DNA of 32,000 nt from Pirellula staleyi DSM 6068 (GCA_000025185.1 CP001848.1:4500001-4532000); one strand, 5' to 3'. Numbered from the stretch's first letter, positions 10,464 through 18,028 are shown. Program-made: numbers and translations. Notes: a model not told the origin generated them from the sequence alone.

Positions 10464-11417
10464 ATGGTGGCGCGACCTTCTTCCCATCGGGAGTCCGCCG
10501 TGACTTTAAATTCTGCGTTCTGTCGTAGTCTGCTGTTGCTTGTATTGTGTGCTCCCACTTTGCAGGCGGCCGATGCCCCTGCGAAGGAAGCTGCTGCCGC
10601 CGATCTGGCCTTGATTCGCGCGGAATCCAAAGCCTTTGTCGACACCTTCAATGCCAAGGATGCCGCCGGGGTCGCCAACTGCTGGACCCCCGAGGGTGAG
10701 TTCATCGACGACTCTGGACGACGCTTTGTCGGACGCGATCAAATCGCCAAATTCTATGCCGCTGGGTTCGTCGCCAATCCCGACACCAAGATTCGTTTGG
10801 CGATCGACTCGCTGCGACTCCTCAGCGATACGACCGCGATTGAAGAAGGGCGCTCGATCATCGACCCGCACCCCGCTGGTGCTCCTGGTCATAGCAAATA
10901 CGTGGCGATTCACGTGAAGCTCGACGGCAAATGGAAGATGGCTTCGGTCCGCGATACCTGGGTCGCCATCGCTTCGAATCACGAAAAAGTAGCCGACCTC
11001 GAGTGGCTCATCGGATCGTGGACCGCCGAACATGGTGGCGCGACGATGGAGTCGACCTGCCGTTGGATTGCTGGCAAAAGTTTTGTCGAACGTCGCTACT
11101 CCACCACGCTCGCCGATGGAACGGTCACCAGTGGTGTGCAGATCATTGGCTGGAACGGCGCGATCGAAAAAGTGCAGTCGTGGAACTTCACCAGCGATGG
11201 TGGACATGCCGTGGGAACTTGGACCGCGACGGAAAACGGCTGGATTGCCGAACTGCAAGGGATGGCCGGGAATGGAACACCAACGACAGCCGTGAATACG
11301 CTCGCGCGACTCGACGACAACGCCTACATGTGGCAGTCGACCAATCGCACGGTGGCTGGCAATCCGATTCCTGACACGGAAGAGATCGTCCTCAAGCGCA
11401 ACAAGGGTGCCAAGTAG
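10464..11417 (+). CDS. Exported protein with two NTF2-like (SnoaL/DUF4440, SgcJ/EcaC-like) domains
   Basis: Signal peptide ...LLLLVLCAPTLQAADAP. First domain: IRAESKAFVDTFNAKDAAGVANCWTPEGEFIDDSGRRFVGRDQIAKFY. Second domain: LEWLIGSWTAE...GVQIIGWNGAIEKVQSWNFTSDGGHAVGTW. Both resemble recalled NTF2-fold family patterns. The equally long antisense ORF looks like junk. Confidence 0.65.
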   Translation: MVARPSSHRESAVTLNSAFCRSLLLLVLCAPTLQAADAPAKEAAAADLALIRAESKAFVDTFNAKDAAGVANCWTPEGEFIDDSGRRFVGRDQIAKFYAAGFVANPDTKIRLAIDSLRLLSDTTAIEEGRSIIDPHPAGAPGHSKYVAIHVKLDGKWKMASVRDTWVAIASNHEKVADLEWLIGSWTAEHGGATMESTCRWIAGKSFVERRYSTTLADGTVTSGVQIIGWNGAIEKVQSWNFTSDGGHAVGTWTATENGWIAELQGMAGNGTPTTAVNTLARLDDNAYMWQSTNRTVAGNPIPDTEEIVLKRNKGAK

Positions 11418-11458
11418 TGAGCCGCTTCGCGCTGCTCTCTCCTTCAACATCCCTCTCC

Positions 11459-11495
11459 CAAAATATCACTACAAATATATTCAGTAACATATCTC
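11459..11495 (+). promoter_or_regulatory. AT-rich island upstream of the glycine-rich gene (possible promoter/UP region)
   Basis: caaaatatcactacaaatatattcagtaacatatctc stands out against the GC-rich background. It lies between the stop at 11417 and ATG 11513. I could not assign clean -35/-10 hexamers. Confidence 0.25.
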
Positions 11496-11512
11496 AGCGG
11501 TGGAGTCTCACC

Positions 11513-13114
11513 ATGATGGTTCGCCTTGTTAGTACAGCAGTTTGCATAGCTCTTTTGCTCTTACCACCCGTCGATTGCTTTGGTCGTGGCGGCGGAGGAG
11601 GAGGTGGTGGTGGCGCTCGTGGGGGTGGAGGTGGCGGCGCACGACCAGGTGGAGGTGGTGGTGGCGGCGGATTCTCTGGAGGTGCTCGTCCAGGAGGTGG
11701 CGGAGGAGGCGGATTTTCGGGTGGCGGTGGTGGAGGCGGATTCTCTGGCGGCGCACGACCAGGGGGTGGTGGCGGCGGATTTTCGGGAGGTGCCGGTGGC
11801 TTCTCGGGCGGTTCGCGCGGACCTTCGCCCAGCGCAGGGGGTTTCGGCGGCGGAGCAGGGGGCTTTGATCGTGGACCGAGCGGCTTTGGTGGCGCACAAA
11901 ATGGTTTCGGCGGGCAAAATGGCTTCGGCGGGCAGGGTGTGAACAATTTCGATCGTGGCGCTGGTGGCCTCGACCGAGGTATGGGTGGCTATGATCGCGG
12001 CGCAGGGGCGTTTGGTCCTGGCAATGCAGGACCAAGCAACATCGGCGGCGATCGCCAGTTCAACCGACCTTCCGATAATCAGCTCAACAACTTCCTCGGA
12101 CTCCCTTCAGATGAAGGACTCGCCGGACGTAGCAATCCGTTCCAAAGTTCGACACCCGATAACAATCGTGGTGGCAATCTCGACTGGGACTACGGCACGG
12201 CCGAAGGGCCTCGTGGCGGAGAAGCTGCTGGCGTGAAAGTGACCGGCCCCGAAGGAAACACAGCGGGCGGCGCAGTCGGTGTGGGACCCAACGGCGGCAA
12301 GGCTGCTGTCGGCGGCGTGAAGGGTGCCGACGGAGGCGCAGCAGCTCGTGGCGTCGGCGTTCGTGCCGATGGCACCGTTACCGCTGGTGGCGCTGTGCGT
12401 GGTCCGGGCGGAAATGCGGCTGCCGGCTTCGCCCGTGTCAGCCCTTCGGGACGCTACACCACCGCAGCTGCTGTTCGCACCAACTACAACCACTGGGGTG
12501 TTTATGGCAGCGGCTGGTATACCAATCATCCCGGCGCTTGGTACGCTGCAGGTTGGGCCGCTGGCTCAGTCTGGAACAGCTGCACCTGGAATACAGCCGC
12601 TGCTTATTGCGGCTACTACGAATCCGAGCCGATCTACTACGACTACGGCACGAACGTCACCTACCAAGACAACAGCGTGTATGTGAATGGCGAGAGTGTC
12701 GGGACGTCGGATCAGTATTACGATCAAGCGTCGTCGATCGCCACTACTGGTGCCGAGGCGGAAGCTCCTGCCGATAGCGACTGGATGCCACTCGGTGTCT
12801 TTGCACTGGTTAAGCCAGGCGCTCAGAGCTCGGATGTAACCGTGCAACTCGCCATCAATAAAGCGGGCGTTATTCGGGGCAACTACACCGACAATGTCAC
12901 TGGCAAGTCGGAAGTGGTGCAAGGCTCGGCCGACAAAGCGACTCAGCGGGTCGCCTTCACCGTGGGGAGCAACACCACCAACGTCGTCGAGACCGGTCTC
13001 TACAATCTCACCAAAGATGAAGCGCCAGTGCTGATTCACTTTGGTAAAGAGCGGACCGAACAGTGGCTCCTCACTCGGCTCCCGAAGCCCGATGATGCAG
13101 CCGCTCAGAACTAG
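11513..13114 (+). CDS. Secreted glycine-rich repeat protein with W/Y-rich region and conserved-looking C-terminal domain, function unknown
   Basis: ATG ATG at 11513 is immediately followed by a Sec-type signal, MMVRLVSTAVCIALLLLPPVDCFG. Next come about 150 residues of Gn-FSGGARP, GGF and DRG units, then AGV-rich and W/Y-rich blocks, then a C-terminal domain (DWMPLGVFALVKPG...HFGKERTEQWLLTRL). The track start (GTG 11417) would place 32 residues in front of the signal peptide. Confidence 0.75.
   Translation: MMVRLVSTAVCIALLLLPPVDCFGRGGGGGGGGGARGGGGGGARPGGGGGGGGFSGGARPGGGGGGGFSGGGGGGGFSGGARPGGGGGGFSGGAGGFSGGSRGPSPSAGGFGGGAGGFDRGPSGFGGAQNGFGGQNGFGGQGVNNFDRGAGGLDRGMGGYDRGAGAFGPGNAGPSNIGGDRQFNRPSDNQLNNFLGLPSDEGLAGRSNPFQSSTPDNNRGGNLDWDYGTAEGPRGGEAAGVKVTGPEGNTAGGAVGVGPNGGKAAVGGVKGADGGAAARGVGVRADGTVTAGGAVRGPGGNAAAGFARVSPSGRYTTAAAVRTNYNHWGVYGSGWYTNHPGAWYAAGWAAGSVWNSCTWNTAAAYCGYYESEPIYYDYGTNVTYQDNSVYVNGESVGTSDQYYDQASSIATTGAEAEAPADSDWMPLGVFALVKPGAQSSDVTVQLAINKAGVIRGNYTDNVTGKSEVVQGSADKATQRVAFTVGSNTTNVVETGLYNLTKDEAPVLIHFGKERTEQWLLTRLPKPDDAAAQN
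11582..12020 (+). repeat. Degenerate coding tandem repeat, (GGN)n with periodic TTC/TTT-TCN-GGN-GGN-GCN-CGN-CCA units
   Basis: Directly visible, for example ggcggattctctggaggtgctcgtccaggaggtggcgg, ggcggattttcgggtggcgg and ggcggattctctggcggcgcacgaccaggggg. All six frames are open here, which explains the stack of overlapping track ORFs. Confidence 0.8.
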
Positions 13115-13138
13115 CGACGCATCCGGCCATCAACATCC

Positions 13139-13183
13139 CGCCGAGGCTTGCTCGCAGGCCTCGGCGGCGACTCTGTTTTGCTT
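13139..13183 (+). terminator. Probable intrinsic terminator of the glycine-rich gene
   Basis: Perfect 9-bp GC-rich stem cgccgaggc (13139-13147) / gcctcggcg (13158-13166), extendable by 3 more pairs to a tetraloop. It lies 25 nt after the stop at 13114. The T tract (ctctgttttgctt) is displaced and weak. Confidence 0.5.
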
Positions 13184-13344
13184 AGAAAAGCAGCATCTGC
13201 AGGCTGCCGTGCTCTAAAGTAGCAGGGCTGCGTAGCAAGCAATTTGCTGTCAGGTACGGAGTACCTGACCTACGAATGACATGCGAAGTGATCTGGCAAG
13301 TAGGTCCGGTTCCACCGGACAAGAGGCAAGTTCGCGGCGTGTGT

Positions 13345-14571
13345 TTAGGATTCGATGCCGAGATATTCGGCCGAGAATTCACGGAGGATTTCTTCCATGC
13401 TGGTGATCCCTTGGGCGACCTTCACCATCGACGAGCGCTGGAACTCGATCATGCCATCGGCAATCGCCGCTTTCTGAATCTCTTCCACCGAGGCGTTGGT
13501 TTGCAGCAGATGCCGCAGTCGACGATTCATCGACATGATCTCGAAAACCCCCGCGCGACCTGCGTAGCCTTGTCCGCGACAATTTTCGCAGCCGGTGGGG
13601 CCGTAGATCATTTGCCCTTGTCCCGGCAACAACAGATCGCGAATCTCGGCAAATGTTGCGGGCGACTCGGCAATGTCGTAAGCCGAACGACAATGAGTGC
13701 AGAGCTTCCGCACCAGACGCTGCGCAACCACACCGAGCAGACCGCTCGATAGGAAGTAAGGATTGGTCCCGAGCGCACGCATGCTCTGGATCGCGCCAGC
13801 AGCAATCGGCGCGTGCAAGGTCGCCAGCACCAGGTGACCACTGTTAGCGGCGCGCACGGCGGTGTTGGCGGTCGATTCGTCGCGCACTTCGCCAATCATG
13901 ATCACGTCGGGCGATTGCCGCAGGATGTTTCGGAGCAGCTCGGCAAAGTCGACACCCAGCTTGGCATTCACTTGCGATTGACGAATGCCAGGGAGCGCAT
14001 ACTCGATCGGATCTTCGAGCGTATTGATCTTCGCTATGCCGCTGCTGAGGTGCTGCAAACAGGCGTAGAGCGTGGTGGTTTTGCCGGTTCCTGTCGGACC
14101 TGTCACCAGCAATAGACCACTGGGACTCGCCAAGAGCGAGATGAGTTTGTCTTGATCGGGAGTCGACATCCCCAGGTTTTCGATCGTACGGAGCCCCACC
14201 TTGCGATCGAGAATACGGGCCGTAACATCTTCGCCGTAGAGGGTCGGGATGACGTTCACGCGCAGGTCGATCTTTCCTGCTTCGCGCTCGACGATCCAGC
14301 GCCCTTCGAGTGGTCGACGACGCTCGGCGATATCGAGACCCGCCATCGCTTTGATATAGCCGATCAGCTGTCGTCCTTGTTCTTTCGAAGTGACAGCGAT
14401 CTTCTCGACACTTCCCATCCGTTTCACAGCGACGGTGAGGACCGATTCTTCACTGAAGAGAAACAGGTCGCTCGCCTGCGAACTGGCCGCTTCGTCGACC
14501 AAGTATTGAATCGCATCGGGAGGTGTCATGCTGGCGAGTGGCACCGGCTGAAACTCAAGGGTATCGCTCAC
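13345..14571 (-). CDS. GspE/PilB-class secretion ATPase (N2 + C-terminal ATPase domains, no N1 domain)
   Basis: Walker A GPTGTGKTT, Asp box LEDPIEY, Walker B DVIMIGEVRD, His box ATLHA, tetracysteine CTHC...CENC and an N2-type block IKAMAGLDIAERRRPLEGR. I chose GTG 14571 as the start because it overlaps the STAS stop (GTGA) and has AGGAGG 6 nt upstream. Alternative starts are ATG 14619 (track) and ATG 14529. Confidence 0.85.
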   Translation of the reverse strand: MSDTLEFQPVPLASMTPPDAIQYLVDEAASSQASDLFLFSEESVLTVAVKRMGSVEKIAVTSKEQGRQLIGYIKAMAGLDIAERRRPLEGRWIVEREAGKIDLRVNVIPTLYGEDVTARILDRKVGLRTIENLGMSTPDQDKLISLLASPSGLLLVTGPTGTGKTTTLYACLQHLSSGIAKINTLEDPIEYALPGIRQSQVNAKLGVDFAELLRNILRQSPDVIMIGEVRDESTANTAVRAANSGHLVLATLHAPIAAGAIQSMRALGTNPYFLSSGLLGVVAQRLVRKLCTHCRSAYDIAESPATFAEIRDLLLPGQGQMIYGPTGCENCRGQGYAGRAGVFEIMSMNRRLRHLLQTNASVEEIQKAAIADGMIEFQRSSMVKVAQGITSMEEILREFSAEYLGIES

Positions 14572-14924
14572 TTGGAACCTCCTGTCACCAGCGAATCGGC
14601 ATCTTGTAGCGAATGGCAAAGGTGTAAGACTTGATCGATGCGCATGAGCTTGAAGGTGTTGGCCACCAGCGGCGTGTAGGAGTGGAGCACCATCTGGCCC
14701 CCATGCTCTTTGAAGCGCTTGTTGACCATGATCATCCAGCCGATGCCGCTGGAATCGACCATGGAAGTTCCCGAAAGATCCAGCAGCACTTTCTTCTTGT
14801 AGGCTTCGACGCCGAGCAGGTCTTTAATCGGGTCGGCCACGGGACTCAGCGAGCGCTGGGAGATTTGTCCCTCGATGTGCAGGTAGGCCACATCGCCATG
14901 CTCCTTGTCTACTCGAAACTTCAT
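14568..14924 (-). CDS. STAS-domain protein (SpoIIAA/RsbV-type anti-sigma-factor antagonist)
   Basis: 118 aa. VLLDLSGTSMVDSSGIGWMIMV matches the canonical DLSGV-F-DSSGLG phospho-serine loop (Ser58). A C-terminal helix LMRIDQVL is present. GAGGAA lies 4 nt upstream of the ATG. Confidence 0.85.
   Translation of the reverse strand: MKFRVDKEHGDVAYLHIEGQISQRSLSPVADPIKDLLGVEAYKKKVLLDLSGTSMVDSSGIGWMIMVNKRFKEHGGQMVLHSYTPLVANTFKLMRIDQVLHLCHSLQDADSLVTGGSK
14572..14583 (-). promoter_or_regulatory. Shine-Dalgarno AGGAGG plus 6-nt spacer in front of the GTG start of the ATPase
   Basis: The minus strand reads ACAGGAGGTTCCAAGTGAGC. AGGAGG corresponds to plus-strand cctcct at 14578-14583. The spacer is TTCCAA, and GTG sits at 14571-14569. 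The whole element lies inside the last codons of the STAS gene. Confidence 0.5.
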
Positions 14925-14972
14925 CGGTTCCTCGGGAAGGGTGGTGATGGGCTCAGGTGCGGGGCCTGCGAC

Positions 14973-14987
14973 GCGTTACTGTAACGC
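14973..14987. promoter_or_regulatory. 15-bp perfect palindrome GCGTTAC-T-GTAACGC, candidate operator
   Basis: Seen directly, about 50-60 nt upstream of the STAS ATG (14924). A further AGCGTT half-site-like copy lies about 30 nt away (caaaagcgttgtg). Confidence 0.3.
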
Positions 14988-15191
14988 TTAGGATCAGCCT
15001 CTTCAACAAAAGCGTTGTGAGAAGATTGGGTGTAGAGCTGAGGTAGTTCAGTGAGCGTCGCGAGGGTGTGCGAGAGCGTCACAGCGCGCCGCAGCGGCAA
15101 CGAGACGCCCCCACGAAATAGGGGCGCGCGTGAACTTGCGCGAGCGCGCGCTTGTTGCGCTTCGCTTTGTGGATTTGCACGTGCCGGGCAA

Positions 15192-16331
15192 CTAAGTTTC
15201 GGTTGCAAGTGCGACTTGGTCGGCCGCTAGTTCGCGCGGGTGCGGCTGCACAGCACGGCGCGGCAGCGAGGTCAGCACGACGCAAATCGTTTCGCTCGCG
15301 GGATCGGCCCAGCAGAGAGTTCCGGTCGAGCCGGTATGTCCGAACGTATTCTCGCTGCACCCTTTGCTTCCGGAGAGGGGACCGACGTCGAAACCGAGTC
15401 CGCGCGGGGTGAGCCCCCTGGGGTTTTGATTGGTCGTCATACGCAAGGCAGTGGCCGGCTTAACCACCTTCCCTTGCTGGTAAAGAAATTCGGCGAGGAA
15501 GCGACCGATGTCAGGTGCTGAAGCATGTAGCCCACCCCAGGGCGCGCCTAACTTGCGCCAGTACGCGCTGTTCCAGTCCCACTCCTTCGAGGTCGGATCG
15601 CCACCACCCGATTCCGGTGCTGCGCCATCCATTTGACAGCGCACCAGTGAGCCGATTTCGAACGCGCCGAGTCCTTGCACCGAGTGCTTCATTTCGAGTG
15701 GCTGCAGCACCGTTTCGGCGACCAGTGTGAGGATATCGGCGCCACTCACAATCTCGGCGATGCGTGTGGCTAGAAGTATCCCCATGCTCGAATAGCCATA
15801 CTGTGAACCGGCAGCAAAACCGAGCGGCTCACGCATCGCATGTTCGGCAAATTCCCCTAGCGGCGCGTGGTTTTTTCGCAGCTCTGCATTGTCAGCAACT
15901 TGGTCGGGAAGCCCTGAAGTGTGGGTGAGCAAGTGACCAATCGTGACCTCGTCGCGGCCATCACCGGTGAACTTGGGCAGGTACTTTTTCACGCGATCGG
16001 TGAGGGCAAATTTTCCTTCATCGAACTGCTTCATCACCGCCGCAATATTGATCGGCTTGGTGATCGATCCGAGTAGAAACATGGCATCGGCCGAGGCTGC
16101 TTTTCCAAACGACTGCGACACCACAGCGTCGCGCTGCTGAACATAGAGCACCGCGGACTCGACCTGCTTCGATGCTGTCGCCTGGTCGAGCACATCGATC
16201 GCACGCTGCAATTTTTTGCGGCCTAGTTCGCTCGCGAGCGACAAATTCGCTGGGAAAAACGTGACCAGAGGTGTCATCGCCATCGCGCCCACGAAACTTT
16301 TTACAAACGTGCGGCGTTGCATGGCGATCAC
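15192..16331 (-). CDS. Serine hydrolase of the beta-lactamase/PBP-like (class C/esterase) family, Tat-type signal
   Basis: SxxK nucleophile box LLGSITKP, a YGYSS (Y-x-N-like) box and FGHTGSTG (K/H-T-G box). The N-terminus MQRRTFVKSFVGAMAM is twin-arginine-like. Confidence 0.85.
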   Translation of the reverse strand: MIAMQRRTFVKSFVGAMAMTPLVTFFPANLSLASELGRKKLQRAIDVLDQATASKQVESAVLYVQQRDAVVSQSFGKAASADAMFLLGSITKPINIAAVMKQFDEGKFALTDRVKKYLPKFTGDGRDEVTIGHLLTHTSGLPDQVADNAELRKNHAPLGEFAEHAMREPLGFAAGSQYGYSSMGILLATRIAEIVSGADILTLVAETVLQPLEMKHSVQGLGAFEIGSLVRCQMDGAAPESGGGDPTSKEWDWNSAYWRKLGAPWGGLHASAPDIGRFLAEFLYQQGKVVKPATALRMTTNQNPRGLTPRGLGFDVGPLSGSKGCSENTFGHTGSTGTLCWADPASETICVVLTSLPRRAVQPHPRELAADQVALATET

Positions 16332-16541
16332 CTAAGCTAATGCGTGATGAAACCAGAAGATCCGTAAAGTTATCACAGTCGCACGCGCGATGCGAATCAC
16401 ACACCTCACACCTCTAGTCGAGACCGAAGAACTTGCGGCTGCTGGCTACGAGGCGTAACCTTGACGAAGTGAGTTGCCAGTCTGTTTGCTAAACCTGCCA
16501 CTTCGAGCCACGAATCCTTCCACTGCTAGGAACACCTCTCC

Positions 16542-17840
16542 ATGTCCTCGAGGAAACTTTCGAGCCGCCGCCATTTTCTCGCAGCTACTGCCGCGATTGC
16601 AGCTGCCCCCTATTTTTTTACAGCAGCGCACATTAAAGCCGACGACAAGCCCGCAGCGAGCGATCGCTTAACGGTCGGCTTCATTGGCATGGGGATGCAG
16701 AGCCGCGGTCACTTGCAATGGGCGCTCAATCATCCGCAAACAGAAGTCGTCGCGATTTGCGATGTTCACGATCTGCGGATGCAAGATGCCGTCGATAAGG
16801 CTACGAAACATAACGCCGAGAAAAACAAATCGGGGAGCGCCACACCGGTCGCTGCGTATCGCGATTTTCGCAAGCTCCTGGAGCGCGACGATATCGATGC
16901 CGTGGTGATTTCTACGCCCGATCACTGGCACGCGATTCCGGCGATTCTCGCCGCGCGATCGAAGAAGCATATCTACTGCGAAAAGCCTCTTTCGCTCACG
17001 ATTGCCGAGTCGCGCGCCATGGTGACAGCAGCCCGTGAGAACAAAGTAGTTTTTCAAACAGGAAGCCAGCAGCGCACCGAGTTTGGTGGCCATTTTCGCA
17101 AAGCGGTGGAGTACATTCGGAGCGGTCGCATCGGCAAAGTGAAAACGGTTCGCATCGGCGTCGGTGCGGCAGCCAAGCCGTGCGATCTTCCCGAAGAACC
17201 AACGCCAGCGGGTGTTGACTGGGACATGTGGAATGGCCCCTCTCCCGCGCGAGGCTTTAATCAGATTCTCTGTCCACTCGACATTCACAGGCACTTCCCA
17301 GCATTTCGAAACTACAAGGAATATGCTGGTGGAATGCTTGCCGACATGGGAGCGCACCATTTCGATATCGCGCAGTGGGCGCTCAACAAAGACGATACAG
17401 GCCCCGTCGAAATTCATCCGCCCGAGCAAGGGGATACGGGACTTCGGTTTGTGTACGCCGATGGTGTGGAGATGTTCCACGGTGGTCCCAGCGGCTGCAC
17501 CTTCGAGGGGACAGAAGGAACGATCTACGTAGATCGAAAGGGGATCGAATCGACCCCCGCATCGATTCTCGAAACTCCGCTGGAAGCGAGCGATTTTCAC
17601 TTGCCGGACATTGGCAGCAGCCATCGTCAAAACTGGCTCGACTGCATTCGTACCGGCGAGAAACCGGTAGCTGACGTCGAGATCGGTGCGCGAACAGCGC
17701 AGGTGTGTCAGCTCGCGAACATCGGCTATTGGCTCCGCCGCCCGCTCAAGTGGAATCCGAAGCTCGAAGAGTTCGTCGACGATGCGGAAGCTAACCAGCT
17801 GCGGAGCCGCGAGAATCGTGCTCCGTGGAATAACATCTAG
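16542..17840 (+). CDS. Gfo/Idh/MocA family oxidoreductase with twin-arginine signal
   Basis: Tat-like SRRHFLAATAAIAAAPYF. Rossmann motif VGFIGMGMQSRG. Conserved IYCEKPLSL (EKP motif). A C-terminal alpha/beta domain typical of the family. Confidence 0.9.
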   Translation: MSSRKLSSRRHFLAATAAIAAAPYFFTAAHIKADDKPAASDRLTVGFIGMGMQSRGHLQWALNHPQTEVVAICDVHDLRMQDAVDKATKHNAEKNKSGSATPVAAYRDFRKLLERDDIDAVVISTPDHWHAIPAILAARSKKHIYCEKPLSLTIAESRAMVTAARENKVVFQTGSQQRTEFGGHFRKAVEYIRSGRIGKVKTVRIGVGAAAKPCDLPEEPTPAGVDWDMWNGPSPARGFNQILCPLDIHRHFPAFRNYKEYAGGMLADMGAHHFDIAQWALNKDDTGPVEIHPPEQGDTGLRFVYADGVEMFHGGPSGCTFEGTEGTIYVDRKGIESTPASILETPLEASDFHLPDIGSSHRQNWLDCIRTGEKPVADVEIGARTAQVCQLANIGYWLRRPLKWNPKLEEFVDDAEANQLRSRENRAPWNNI

Positions 17841-17860
17841 CTAGAGATGGTGACGAGATC

Positions 17861-18028
17861 ATGAACGAATCCCAACAACCTCCGGTCGACAGCGATGCGG
17901 AAGAAACTCCTCGCTGTCGACCCTCGTGCCCCGTGTGTGGTGGCACGCTGATGGAAATTCGTGCGAAGCTGCAATGCTCGCGATGTCACACCATTTGTGA
18001 AACGTGCTGCGAAGGTGGGCGTGGCTAA
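17861..18028 (+). CDS. 55-aa Cys-rich zinc-ribbon-like small protein (hypothetical)
   Basis: Below the 60-aa cutoff of the ORF track. ATG lies 20 nt after the stop of the Gfo/Idh/MocA gene on the same strand. Translation is MNESQQPPVDSDAEETPRCRPSCPVCGGTLMEIRAKLQCSRCHTICETCCEGGRG, with TAA at 18026-18028. Cys pattern is C-x3-C-x2-C-x12-C-x2-C-x3-C-x2-CC. Confidence 0.45.
   Translation: MNESQQPPVDSDAEETPRCRPSCPVCGGTLMEIRAKLQCSRCHTICETCCEGGRG

Noticed and set aside
10506-11450. 314-aa minus-strand ORF nearly as long as the NTF2-like gene
   Set aside because: It is antisense to a frame that has a signal peptide and NTF2-like blocks. Its own translation (RVRNRIASHRAIGRLPHVGVVV...) has no recognisable features.
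11494-12035. Pro-rich (PPPPPPP), Arg/His-rich and Val/Glu-rich ORFs on both strands over the repeat
   Set aside because: They are mirror or shifted readings of the (GGN)n repeat. Only the plus frame continues from a signal peptide into a non-repetitive domain.
15079-15360. 93-aa minus-strand ORF with a very basic C-terminus (IHKAKRNKRALAQ...)
   Set aside because: Most of it overlaps the 3' end of the serine-hydrolase gene out of frame. The remainder coincides with the GC-alternating hairpin region.
16668-17630. 320-aa minus-strand ORF
   Set aside because: It is antisense to the Gfo/Idh/MocA gene (Rossmann and EKP motifs on the plus strand). No motifs of its own.
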